Source of the DNA: Felis catus
Lineage: Eukaryota
Direction: 5' to 3'
NCBI RefSeq assembly: GCF_018350175.1
Contig: NC_058384.1
Span: forward strand, 24,242,001 to 24,306,000
DNA: 64,000 nt
The notes beneath the pieces are model-generated. The model saw only the letters and a program-made list of their open reading frames with translations. It had not been told where the DNA came from and searched no databases. Numbering within the stretch: the stretch's first letter is position 1; each line of letters opens with the position of its first letter. Below are positions 1 to 11,913 of the stretch, in pieces. Made by a program: the position numbers and the translations under genes.

Positions 1-3000
1 TTGGAAGCCAAGGCGGGATCTCCTGGATAGACGACCCTGACTCCAGCAGTGCTGGTGCTGCTGAGTGTGGACTGAGCACCTACAATTTGCAGAGGACACA
101 TGGTGTGGGCCTTGCTTTGGGTTCCCTGGGGCCTGCTGCAGGAACTCTGGAAGAGAAGAAAGAGCCGGCATTCCAGCATCCTACACTGTCTATCATGCTG
201 TGTCGTTTCAAGGAGGGGAGATGATAAACTACTTGCCTTCTAGAGCTCTTTGTGAAAAATTAAAAAAAAAAAAATAGCTCAACACTATGATTGTTCACTC
301 ATTCCACCAACACTGACCAATGGCCAACGCTGCTGGAACTTCCAGGTCTGCCCTGGACCAAAGATGTTGGAGGCCGGAGATAGCCAGTGCTGCTGCTCGC
401 CCCCATGGCAAACGTGGTCACTGACCTTCCTGTCCAGTGGGAGTTGTTTTAGACTCCTGGGTAGAGGTGGGCAAGCAGAAAATTTTTCTAGGCTACAGAA
501 AGACAGGCGTCCCCAGTGGGAGAGTGGTAAGGGAGGGTCCATCTTATATTTTTGTTCTATAGGTCAGTCTAACCATTCATCGAAGATACTGGCTGGTTTA
601 AGGCCAAAGAACTTTATCCCAGGGCAAGAAAGAAAGAAAGAAAGAGAAAGGAAAGGAAGAAAAGAAAGAAAGAGAAAGAGAATCCATGCTGGTATCTCTG
701 ACCCCTTGAATTTCTGATCAAGCTTCCCCCAAACCAGATATGAGCACTGCCTTGTTTCAGGCCCTGTGCTGGGAATCTCAGAGGATGAGGAAGGATCCCT
801 ACTGCTGGGAGGTCCGCAGTCCAGTGGGGCAGCCAGGGAAGCAGGAAGGCTTTATTTCAGGGACAGGAAAGAAATGGGCTGTAGGACCTCAGCCCAGTTC
901 TGCCAAGGAAGGCTGTTGGGGCAGTTTTGCTGGGAAGATGGCTGGGGAGGTGACAGTCGTGTTGGCTTTGGGAGCCTGAATGGGCATTTGTACAGGGAGG
1001 AAGGTTGGGTGTGGTACATGGTTTCTAGGCACTGGTTTCAATGCTTTCTAGGCACTGGGAAGGTGTGCAGCTGGGAAGAAGTCTGCTGGGATGTGATGGG
1101 GGATGGGGATGTATTGGGTTGGTGACGGGAGACGAGATTGAGACCTGATCACGATGGCAAGGTAAATGAGCTGCCCTCCCTCCTCGGTTATCATATGTCG
1201 TGAATGCAGAGGCCATTGTTTCTGGGGGAATTCTAGGTGTGGTTACTGACAGCAATGCAAAAGTTTGCAGTAAAACGTTGGTGTCTAAAGAGAAGTTCCT
1301 ATTCAGTTACAAACTTGTGGGTCTTTTCCCTTTTGGTGAAATAAAGTGTAAAGTAAATGTGAGTCTTCCCAAGAGACGTCTACAATGTGCTTTTGAGACG
1401 TTCTCTCCAAGTAAACAGAGTGGGAGAGAGATAATCCAGAAGTCATATCCATTGGTGACAAGAAATCCATTCACCGAGGAGTTAAATAACGACAAAGTGA
1501 GAATTAAAATGAGGCTGGTCATTCGATAAGAAGGTACCACGTCACAGTGACATAGGAAATGAAAAATAAGAAGCCTGGGAAATAATCATTATGCCCATGT
1601 TTTATGTTCTGTGGTGAGGTTTATTATTTCAGAGAGAACGTTCCTCCCGCAGGACATTCTGATTAAATGTGGCCGGGAGGGAGGGCCAGGCGGAGAGGGT
1701 TTGGCAGGTGAGCAGGCTGATGGCAGCCTTGAGTCAACCAGTGGCAAGGAGACAAGGATGAAGAGTCGGACTGGACTTGTGGTGGCCACTGCGTCCTTCT
1801 GGCCTGGTTGGAAAAGAGAGAAAATGATGGTGGTTTTAGCACGTTGTGTTATAGTAGATTACAAGAAAATGGTGCCTCCTCTTATCACGAGCACAGGACA
1901 AGAGGATGTGGCTTGAATCACAGCGTGAAGACTTTAGGTTGAACATGCAGGAAGAATTTGACAGAATTATTAAACACCAAGTGGGATTCCAAGGCAAGGC
2001 GCTCCATATTAAAATGTGCTGCTGGGCAGGAGAACGGTTTCCTTCTGCTGTGTGAATTTACCCAACTTAAAATGGCCTGTGTTTTTGCTTCCACCCATAG
2101 ATGTATTAATACTTGGAGTGATCTTTGCTCAGGCCACTTGGGTGACACCAGCTGAGCTGCCCCAGCCCAAAGCCATCCTCCCATCTGCCCTCAAAAAGGG
2201 TGGAAAGAGTGAAGAATCGCCTCTGAGTATCGGTTTGTCTTTATTTTTAATTTGCTGGGTTTATTTTTATGTCCCTCCCTGTAGTTTCCTCAGCACGAAT
2301 GCCTCTGGAATGGGCGTTTTAATAAAATCTCACGTCCCAGGGCATGTAGAGCGCCAGCTTTGCAGCCCCCGTGAGTTCAGAGGGGGCTCCTCCGGTGTTT
2401 CTCCTTCCAGGGGAGGCTGGACAGACATCTGAGCTCTTGCTCATGGGCTAACTTGACTTTCAGAACATAGTGGACAGTGCTCACTCTCTCTCTCTCTCTC
2501 TCTCTGGTCCTCAGAAGAGCTTAGAAAATAATGACAAAGTGTCCTCTCCCAAAACAGAATTGGTGGTTTAGAGATTCCCCCAGCCCGCCCATCCCCGCCA
2601 TCCCCCGCCCCCAACTTCTGGAATTGAGATGTCTAAATGTTGATGGCGTGGCTGCTTTGAAAACCTCCCACACTGACTGAAAAGACTTGAAGGAGATATT
2701 ATTGTTCAGGCTGGGCCCAGGGAGGACACCACGCGGGGAGTGTGAGGGGACAGGGGATTTGACTGGAGAGAAGAGGTGTGGCTTCCAGGGCACAGCACAC
2801 ACAGCCCAGGCAAGGAAGTGCAAGGACAGAGGGATAAGAGACAAATGCAGGCCCTGCAGCAGGGAAAGTGGGGCTGGGGAACCTGCCAGAAAAAGAAGGG
2901 AGGGACCCAGAGGGGAAAACCCTACAGGGGAGGCTGAGAGCCAGGGTGGCAGCTCCTGGGCTGAGTGACCGCCATGTTGCCTGGCGGCAGGGCCTGCTGA

Positions 3001-3808
3001 GGAACAGGTGGGATGTCGGCCGCCCCCCAGTGCCCGTGGGACAGCAGCACCTCCACTAGTGTATCAAAATGGCCCCTGACCAGGGCCAGAGGCACAGAGA
3101 GTCCCTTGCCCAGAGTGAGCACAGAGGAGGGAGGATTGAGGAGCAGGAAGCAGGCCTTCTGGTGAGAAAACTGTCCGCTGACCTCAGAGGGAATCCAGTC
3201 AGGGCCCTCATGGGAATCTCCACCGGCTCCACGTGGTGGCCACGCTGTTCGCTGGGAGGGACCCTCCACTGAGTCAGGGTCACTTCACAGCGGCCGGGTG
3301 CGCCCACAGAAGCCCGCTGGCTGAGCAGCCTGCGGCCGGCCTGGGAGCTGGGGTGATGGCTGCAGGGTCTACCCGCCTCCGTGAACTCCTGGGCTGCGGC
3401 CATGGAGCCCTGGCAGCCCTCCAGCCTGAGTCAGCCTGTCCCCAGGGCAGGCCAGCGAGGTTTTCCCAGGGTGCCCATGGCGGGGGGGGGGGGGGGTGGG
3501 AAGCATGGAGGGCTTCTGGGAAGAGGCGACTCCCTCAGGCCAGAAGCTTCCCACCAATACCACAGCTAACTCAGAGTCTGTGACTCAGTGAAGAGTGCTT
3601 TCTCTGTGCTTGCGGGGTGATTTAATACTGCGTGAACCTCAAGATTAGGACCTATTACCAACCCCTGCTTTCACATGGGGCAACAGCTAAATTACGTGAC
3701 TTGCCTAAGAAAGGTAGTGAGTGGCCTGGGACCCACTCTTTCCAGCTCCATGCAAAGTTCCTGGTGGAAGTCTGTCTCTCTCTTTTCTTGCTCATATCTA
3801 ATGTTTCC

Positions 3809-3809
<1 letters not shown>

Positions 3810-3864
<55 letters not shown>
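3810..3864. repeat. Compound microsatellite (CT)n(CA)n
   Basis: Read directly. Confidence 0.95.
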
Positions 3865-3867
<3 letters not shown>

Positions 3868-5559
3868 CCCAATATACACTGAAGCTTGCAGCACTAACCC
3901 ATGTTTACTTCCCAGCTTTGAAATCTCATATATCATTAGCTGATCAAACCGATTCCTTGATGACATTTTGCTGGAGGCTTGTGGGGCAGATATGGTATAA
4001 ACGAGGATCACAAATAGTCTGGTGGCGAGCTAACAACGGTCTCATTTAGAATGCTTCTCCCATTTTGAAAACGATGCCTTGATTTCTTTTTAATGGTCGT
4101 AGCAATCTACAAAGTTTAAATCATTCATTTTTTAAAAAATTTTGATTTACTAGTGCCCTTTGTGCAAGAAATTGGGACTGTAGCACAAACTGTTACTTTG
4201 GGATTAAATAATGGCGGGAATAAAAATGATTGCTTCAGAGAAGCCTAAAATAAAGTACTTGGGTCCTGTTAACTGGCTTACTAGAGGCTACGCCCGGTTC
4301 TAGCGCTCTTGGACGGCATCCAAGCCCTGGTCACATCCACTCCTCACCCAGTTGGTGCTTTTTGCTGGAGACCCTTCCCTTGCACCCACCCCAACCCCCA
4401 GTTGAGGGGGATGGCGAGCTCATGGATCAGAAATGGATTCAAATCCTGGCTGGGATCTAACTAAGTAATCCTGATCCTTTTGGCCTTGCTTCCTCATCTG
4501 TGAGATGGAATAATGCCCAGGAAGGTAGGTAGCAGTGTTTGACCAGCAGCAGGACGTTCCCTGGAGACTTTAAGGAAACAACCAGACACCCACTTACCCA
4601 AGAGAGCTCATGTGAATTCTCTTCATCAGAAGGCTGGGGATGGAGCTAACAGACCCCCGGCATTGCCTTCAGCTCTGTAAGGCTGTGGAATATGTCAGGA
4701 GAGCCTCCTGGATCCAGCGCCCAGCCCAGTGTGACACACACATAGTGGGGCTCTGACAACTCAAAGCTTTGCCCCTATCTTTGGGCCACTGACTTGACTG
4801 CCCTGGGCCTCAGCCCCTGTATCTGTAATCGGAGGGGACTGACTACATCTGTAAGATGCCTTTCAACTCTTAAGGAAATGTTAAATACACTGCATTCCTC
4901 AGCGTGTTGGAAAAGTGAATTGTTTCCACAGTCTTCTGGGTAGGGATGCTGAGCAATCACACCACATACTTGTTTTCAAAATCTGAGTCTAAAATAATTG
5001 AATTTGCCTGGCTTCTGTTTCATCTCACGGTTTGTGTGTAAACACTTCACATTTCCTGGATTTTTCTTTTACCTGGACCTACAACTGCATCTGTAAAGTA
5101 GCTCCTGGCTTAGTCGAAGTGGGGACCACAACGAGAAGCATATAAATTGGTGGCCACTGCATGCTAAAAGCTAACTATTAATTTTGTTCAGTCCAGTTCT
5201 AGACAAAATTAAATTACCCTCTGGTATTTTCTCCTTTGAGCACCTCTCTTTCATCAAGCCTTCCTTTGCTCTGTCCAGCCCCATCTCAAGTCCTCACCGC
5301 CATGTGTTCCAGACACAGACTTGTTTGTTGACTGTGGAAAGAAGAACAAATCCGTGCACCCTGCTAAGAACACACAACTCCTTTGTGGCAGAGATGGTTC
5401 ATGCCCACCAAGTCCGCCAGGTGTTCTCCCACATTCCCCCCCCTCCTTGCATTCAGATCAGGGCCACGGGCTGACCAACGGACTGAATGGACGCAGCACG
5501 GTCACCTCGGTCAGGCCAGTTAGGAACAGTGTGAGTTGTCTCCACCATCACTGTGACTT

Positions 5560-5720
5560 GAGGTGGCAGGGCTGGCAAGATGGAAGCTGGGTCCCGGAGC
5601 CACTGTTAGGGGAAAGCCCCTAAGGAGAGCTGCCTGATTCGCATTATACCATGACGTAATGGAAAATAAAACCGCCTTAAGCTACTGAGATCTCGTGGTT
5701 TGTTACTTCAGCCTCGCCGA
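5560..5720 (+). mobile_element. Degenerate MLT1-type LTR 3' part with poly(A) signal AATAAA at 5665-5670
   Basis: GATGGAAGCTGGGTCCC..GAGCCAC and AATAAA..TTAAGCTACTGAGAT..GGTTTGTTAC..CAGC resemble the MLT1 LTR end; left boundary uncertain. Confidence 0.6.
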
Positions 5721-5898
5721 ATCGAGCCCAAAACATCCCTTCCAGAGGTATTTCCTGCTAAGAGAGGTTCTAGGGGAAATAACAATGCAAAACCCGAGGG
5801 AAAGGACTTCCCACAGTGGACCTAGGGATACTTGTCGTAATCAGTGCCACTGCAGCAGCATCTGTAGAAAAAGAGGATCAGCCTCAGCGAACCTTCTT

Positions 5899-6120
5899 TT
5901 TTTTTTAATTTTTTTTTTTAACGTTTATTTATTTTTGAGACAGAGAGAGACAGAGCATGAACGGGGGAGGGTCAGAGAGAGGGAGACACAGAATCTGAAA
6001 CAGGCTCCAGGCTCCGAGCTGTCAGCACAGAGCCCGACGCGGGGCTCGAACTCACGGACCGCGAGATCATGACCTGAGCCGAAATCGGCCGCCTAACCGA
6101 CTGAGCCACCCAGGTGCCCC
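5899..6120 (-). mobile_element. Can-SINE (feline SINEC_Fc-type), full length
   Basis: Reverse-complemented tRNA-derived head, (CT)n body and A-rich tail; perfect 15-bp TSD TCAGCGAACCTTCTT at 5884-5898 and 6121-6135. Confidence 0.95.
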
Positions 6121-6400
6121 TCAGCGAACCTTCTTGATACCACTGGTGTCGGGGCATGAAGCGACACCGTATGCCTCCTTATGGTCTCGTGCTGCATGAT
6201 GAATTTGGAAAGTCTCCGAAGAAGGGAGTTTTAAGACACTATTCCTTCAGGCAGAAAGTAACCAAGCCCAGCTTCTAGACAGAGGTAGAACGAGGGAACC
6301 AGTTTTCTAGAATGATCTTGAAAAAACAGTGACCTAGTGCCAGAGACAGAAATCCCTTTTCTTCCTCCTGTCCCACCTCATATTATCAGTTATTAAAACT

Positions 6401-6612
6401 GGGGCGCCGGGGTGGCTCGGTCAGTTAAGCGTCCAACTTCAGCTCGGGTGATGATCTCGCGGTTCGTGAGTTCGAGCCCCGCGTCGGGCTCTGTGCTGGC
6501 AGCTCGGAGCCTGAACCCTGCTTCAGACTCTGTTTCCCTCTCTCTCTGCCCCGCCCCCACTCTTGTCTCACTCTCAAAAATGAACATTAAAGAAAATTAA
6601 AGATAAATAAAG
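6401..6612 (+). mobile_element. Can-SINE
   Basis: GGGGCGCC..GGTGGCTCGGTCAGTTAAGCGTCC head, GTTCGAGCCCC B-box, CT-rich body, A-rich tail. Confidence 0.93.
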
Positions 6613-6934
6613 TAAAACACTTGGTTGGCTCTCTCCAAAATCCCACAAGCACCAGAAAATTTGATAATTTGGATCTATTTAAGAATCCAGCGGAAAATTT
6701 TGGAAACAGGATGAAATGACCATAATGTGCATCTGTCGAGTGAAGCTGGCCTGGTTCTGATGGCCTTGTGGGAAAACCTTCCTTCCTCCCTCCATAGAGA
6801 CCCTCCCGGGCTTCCAGAGCACCGTGGATGGGGTTTTAAGAATTATTCAGCTGGGAGCAACTGCGGCCTAGGGAAGACACTCAGAAAGGAGGCAAAGTAC
6901 TACCTTGGATCCTAACTCTAAGTTGAGGTGGGTT

Positions 6935-7165
6935 TGTTTTTTTTTTTTTTAGTTTTTTTTTTTTAACGTTTATTTATTTTTAAGACAGAGAGAGACAGAA
7001 CATGAACGGGGGAGGGGCAGAGAGAGGGAGACACAGAATTCGAAACAGGCTCCAGGCTCCGAGCTGTCAGCACAGAGCCCGACGCAGGGCTCGAACTCAC
7101 GGACCGCGAGATCATGACCCGAGCCGAAGTCGGACGCTTAACCGACTGAGCCACCCAGGTGCCCC
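6935..7165 (-). mobile_element. Can-SINE
   Basis: Poly-T tail followed by the reverse-complemented body ending GCCACCCAGGTGCCCC; GAGGTG-T-rich repeat on both flanks. Confidence 0.95.
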
Positions 7166-7413
7166 GAGGTGTTTTTTTTTAAAGTGTCCCCCACCACATG
7201 ACTCTTAAGAGTCGCAATCTGGCAAGGCATCATATCTGACTGCAGCTTCCTGAGGATGTCACTCCCTCCCCCAAACGCTCGTGACACGCACCAGTGGAGA
7301 GGATCCCCTCGTGCCTCTGCCACCGGCTTCCCCTCGGCTCCCTCCAACCGAGCCAGAGGGGGCTTCCAACAAGCCTACGGACACATCTAGGACCCAGAAC
7401 CCACCTGATGAAC

Positions 7414-7545
7414 NNNNNNNNNNNNNNNNNNNNNNNNNNNNNNNNNNNNNNNNNNNNNNNNNNNNNNNNNNNNNNNNNNNNNNNNNNNNNNNNNNNNNNN
7501 NNNNNNNNNNNNNNNNNNNNNNNNNNNNNNNNNNNNNNNNNNNNN
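7414..7545. other. Assembly gap (132 N)
   Basis: Run of N. Confidence 1.
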
Positions 7546-9748
7546 GCTATCCACCGGGAAACAAATTTAAGACATTTCAAGTGGCATTAAATAAATGAGG
7601 CTATGTTTTATCTACTTGGAGTTTCCATCGTCTTTAAAAAAGGAAAAAAAAATATATATATATATATATTTTTACATTGCAGTATATAAATCTAGACTCT
7701 ACATATACAGTACAATACATAGGGCGAGCACACGGCACAACACGTATGTCTTCATAGCCGCACCCTAAACTAGGCCAACAGTTCTGTATTTTGTGACCTT
7801 CGAACCCAGAAATTCAGGCTGAGGCTACATGTTCTCCAGTCTCCATGATGTCTAGCACCCCGGCCGTCTCTCCTCCAAGCACAGAAGCGCAAATCGGACG
7901 AGCCTTGCAAACAGAACAAAGTGCTTTTCGACTGGTTGAAACCGAGGCGCTCTTTATCATGCACAGTCTGCTCTCCTCGAAAGACCTAAGGGAAATTTGA
8001 GGCCTTCCCGGCTCATTCTTTGGTCCACTGCCACGAATCTCTAAACTTTCCCTGGTGTTTCTTGCAGATTTCATATGGCTATTTACATAACATAAATCTC
8101 ACATAACCTTTGGGAGCTGTCTTTACAGGATTAGGACAAAGGAAAAAAAAAAGCTCCATTTTACAATCTATGCTTTATATCTGGGTTTGTTCTTTTTATT
8201 TTTAGAATAAAAACTGGAATTTTGAGAGTTTTTTCTTAAAAAGGACATTCTGAAAGTGCTTCTTACACATGTTGATATCGCACATATGGCTTTTTGGTTC
8301 AAACCCCCAGCACAGCTCAGATTTGGAAGGGAGAGGGTGATGGTGTTACTAGAGACAAAAATGTCACTTAACAGTAACACTGTGATAGCAAGTGTGGGGA
8401 CCTGAAAAAAAAATGTTATTGATTCCATCTGGAAGAATGTACCTCATTAAGAAATGATTCAGATCATATACGTAGCCCCATTTCTTTCCCCATGACTAGG
8501 CACAGTAATGCTATAAAAGTTAGTGAGTAAAACAGGACACTGCTATCAGCAGGGAACATCTTCTGAGGGGCTATTAACAGAGCAGTCGCTGTTCTGAAAT
8601 CTTTCACAGGCTCAAAATGATCAAATATAGTCGATCGCAGTAGGAATTTCTACACCTGAGGAATAAATTGCACGTAATATAGAGGTACTACAATCCAGAT
8701 GGCAAAAGACTCCAGACATATAGTGTTACATGCAAAAGAAGGCAATCAGAAATGGCAATGAAGAAGTGGCATTCCGAGACAGGTAAGAGTCCAAACGAGT
8801 CCCCATCCTTTTGTGCTTTCTTTTCCGGCTGGTAAGTTACCAAAGAGCATGGCTACTTGTACAGTAATGATTGTGATATGTTCTTGAGCAGGGGGAACGG
8901 ACACACAAGGCAGTTGCCAGAAACCAAAATGGGCTTGCGTTGGCTCCAGAGGTGTCACGGGGGCTGGACCAGCGGGTCCGATGGGCCTCCGATGCTCCTC
9001 TCGCCCTCCCTGGGGTCGCAGAAAGCGGCAGATGCGGGCAGAGGTCAAAAGCCACTGGCTCATCCAAACCCTTTCCAAAGTGGCCTTTCATTCAGCCGTG
9101 GCAGTTCCAGCCTCTGCAGATCTCTTCTGGTGGCACTTGATGGAGAAAGTCATTCTCTCCCTTATAGAAACAGTTTGGACTTCTTATAATACTGGCACAA
9201 AGGACACTCTGTATTCCTAGGATTGATTCCATTTACATGGAAGGTATGACACTAGGTTTTCAGTTCTTTCTATTTCCCTGTAAAAAGTGACCTCAACTTC
9301 CCAGGCCATTGTGCAAATTCATTTTTCCATAGTCCNNNNNNNNNNNNNNNNNNNNNNNNNNNNNNNNNNNNNNNNNNNNNNNNNNNNNNNNNNNNNNNNN
9401 NNNNNNNNNNNNNNNNNNNNNNNNNNNNNNNNNNNNNNNNNNNNNNNNNNNNNNNNNNNNNNNNNNNNNNNNNNNNNNNNNTATATTTATTTATAAAAGT
9501 GGATAATTTTGCATTTCAGTCTCAAATAGGTCAAAGAGAATCAGTGAAACATTCATCCTTTCCATGTCAAACTCATCTCCGATTTCCCCCACGATGCCTG
9601 TCATAGTGCCTTCCACACCAGAGGTACTCAATAAATAGCTGTGGACTTCACCAATGATCCTCTAACACTGGATGGTCGTTGCAATCACCACGGCCTGTTC
9701 TCAGCCCCGCTCCGCCTTTGGCGAGCAAGGGGCCATTGGTCCCTCCCT
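7546..9748 (-). other. RGL1: RGL1 3' UTR (distal end uncertain, probably in the gap at 7414-7545)
   Basis: Transposon-free stretch right after the stop codon, with AU-rich, Pumilio and miRNA seed motifs in mRNA sense; SINEs resume below about 7170. Confidence 0.7.
9336..9481. other. Assembly gap (146 N) inside the RGL1 3' UTR
   Basis: Run of N. Confidence 1.
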
Positions 9749-9936
9749 TCAGAGGGTGATTTTGCTGTGCCTATTGCTCCAGCAGCCCCGTTTAGCTGTC
9801 CTGGGCAATGTCAAGCTGGTCCGGCTACGCAATTTCACTTGTTCTTCCATGGAGTTCTTTTTGCGTAAAATGAAGTCAAAGTTCACTTGGCTGTTCATGG
9901 CATAAAAGACATTGGCTGAGTCTGGGATCACCAGTT
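9749..9936 (-). CDS. RGL1: RGL1 last exon (~18), coding part: end of RA domain and C-terminus; stop TGA at 9751-9749
   Basis: Acceptor CTTTAG|AA; (E)LVIPDSANVFYAMNSQVNFDFILRKKNSMEEQVKLRSRTSLTLPRTAKRGCWSNRHSKITL*. Confidence 0.96.
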
Positions 9937-10594
9937 CTAAAGGAGAGAAGGAGAGAGAAGGCAGTCAGCTGGTGTAGGTCAGCCCAAGCACTGACAGTGG
10001 CAGGGGGGGAAATTTTGTCTGGCCACAAAGCAAGGACCATTGGTCCTTTGTCCTTGGAATGTGAACTGAACCAAACAATGACAACCACCCCCAAAATCAG
10101 TTCCAACCACTCCTCAATCCCAATTTTAAATTGAACTAAATGCTCAAATGCAGAATATTTTAGCTAGAAAAAAGTGCAGTAGAAAACAAAGGCGAAGAGA
10201 CATTAAAACAAAGGGAAAGGCACTCCCAGGATCACAGCTAGTCAACAGCAGAACTGGGCTAGAACCCAGGTATTCTTCCTCCCATCGTCCATTTTCTACT
10301 CCAGCATGCAACTTTTCTGAGACTGAAAGAATCCAATGACACGGGGGAGAAAAAAAAAATCTACAGCATTTTCCAGAACCTTCTACTTGGAATATTGAAA
10401 TATTTTTTGAAGTAATCCCAAATCAAACCAGCTGAATACTAAACAGCATCTATATAAGATAGAGTACATCTGTAAATATTTAAACTGTTGTCTACTTCAA
10501 TGATTCCCAAACAGCTGCCATTTCTGAACAGGGACTATTCCAAGTATCATATGAAATTATCAAGCAAAGTTACTTTAATTCATTTATATTTTTA

Positions 10595-10793
10595 TTTTTA
10601 TTTTTTTATTTAAACAAATTTTTTTAATGTTTATTTATTTTTGAGAGACAAAGACAGAGTGTGAGCCAGGGAGGGGCAGAGAGAGAGGGAGACACAGGAT
10701 CCGAAGCCCGATGCGGGGCTCAAACTCACAAACCGCGAGAGCATACCTGACCGGAAGTCAGATGCTTCACCGACTGAGCCACCCAGGCGACCC
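10595..10793 (-). mobile_element. Can-SINE with internal deletion
   Basis: 18-bp TSD AATTCATTTATATTTTTA at 10577-10594 and 10795-10812. Confidence 0.92.
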
Positions 10794-11106
10794 AAATTCA
10801 TTTATATTTTTAGAAGAAGATATATACTATTTAGCACTCAGGGGTAATGGGTATCTAAAAAAACAAACGGGAATAAAAGAGGTAAAATGGGCAATAGTGT
10901 TGGGGAGGCCATCACCAGAGGCATCTGATTGCAGAATGGATGCAGTCAAGCTTATGTTAACTTCAAACACCGAAATTTTATAGAGAGACCGATGCAATCA
11001 GGTTCTAAGTGACTCTAGTACATTTTGCACAAATGTCCCCATATTCCCGGGTCAGTAATAATTCACCTCACAACTACGGATCACTTAGCATACCTCCAAA
11101 GTACTT

Positions 11107-11182
11107 TGGGGCACATATTTCTTGTTACCCTCATAACCGTCCTGTGGGGCACATATTTCTTGTTACCCTCATAACCGTCCTG
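11107..11182. repeat. Perfect 38-bp tandem duplication
   Basis: TGGGGCACATATTTCTTGTTACCCTCATAACCGTCCTG x2. Confidence 0.95.
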
Positions 11183-11685
11183 TGACGTATGAAGAATTAG
11201 TAGGGTACTGCCTCCTTTTCACTAATTAAGGACCAAGGCCCGAGGAGGTCAAGCAGCCCCCTGAAGACCACCCAAGTGGTGGACAAAACTGGGCCCAGGA
11301 TTCCTGATTCTTCAAACCAACTGGTCTCACCTTAGCCTTGGTTCGTGGGCAACATGGTAAAACTCAACAGATCACCTTGTAGGCTTAGAATTTTAACTGT
11401 AACCACAATAAAAGATATAATTGACAAGGGTTTGCCCCACAACTTAGGGGTCCGCTGAACGACTGAGAAAACTCCCAAGAGGTAATTGAAAAAGAATTTT
11501 CTCAGAGGCTATATACTTCATCTCTAGGAAAAAGTACTACTCTAATTTCAGCCACTCTTCTCGGGGCCCAAGATACAGCCTGGAGGATTTGCTGGTCAAA
11601 TGGAGCGTGAACAGCTGCTCCCTTCTCATATTCCCAACTTTTAAAATTCTTCTTTTCGCTATACTTGGGGAACAAATGTGAATTG

Positions 11686-11849
11686 GGGGCACCTTGGTGG
11701 CTCATCGGTTGAGCATCCGACTTTGGTTCAGGTCACGTTGCCGTGGTTTCTGAAATCGAGCCGCGCATCAGGATCTGTGCTGCCAGCTCGGAGCCTGGAG
11801 CCGTCTTGGGATTCTGTCTCCCTCTCTCTCTGCCCCTCCCCCATTCATG

Positions 11850-11891
<42 letters not shown>

Positions 11892-11913
11892 AATAAATAC
11901 ACATTAAAAAAAA
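11686..11913 (+). mobile_element. Can-SINE
   Basis: Head GGGGCACC.TGGTGGCTCA, (CT)n, AATAAA tail; flanked by TGTGAATTGG repeats. Confidence 0.92.

Noticed and set aside
1-2330. Canonical COLGALT2 3' UTR or poly(A) site (ATTAAA 259-264, AATAAA 1340-1345 and about 2321)
   Set aside because: Plausible by synteny, but no COLGALT2 coding exon is visible and I cannot choose among the hexamers from sequence alone.
65-5300. Many 60-140 aa ORFs in the first 5 kb
   Set aside because: No recognisable domains; they overlap in several frames and include low-complexity or microsatellite translations, as expected for random ORFs in GC-rich DNA.
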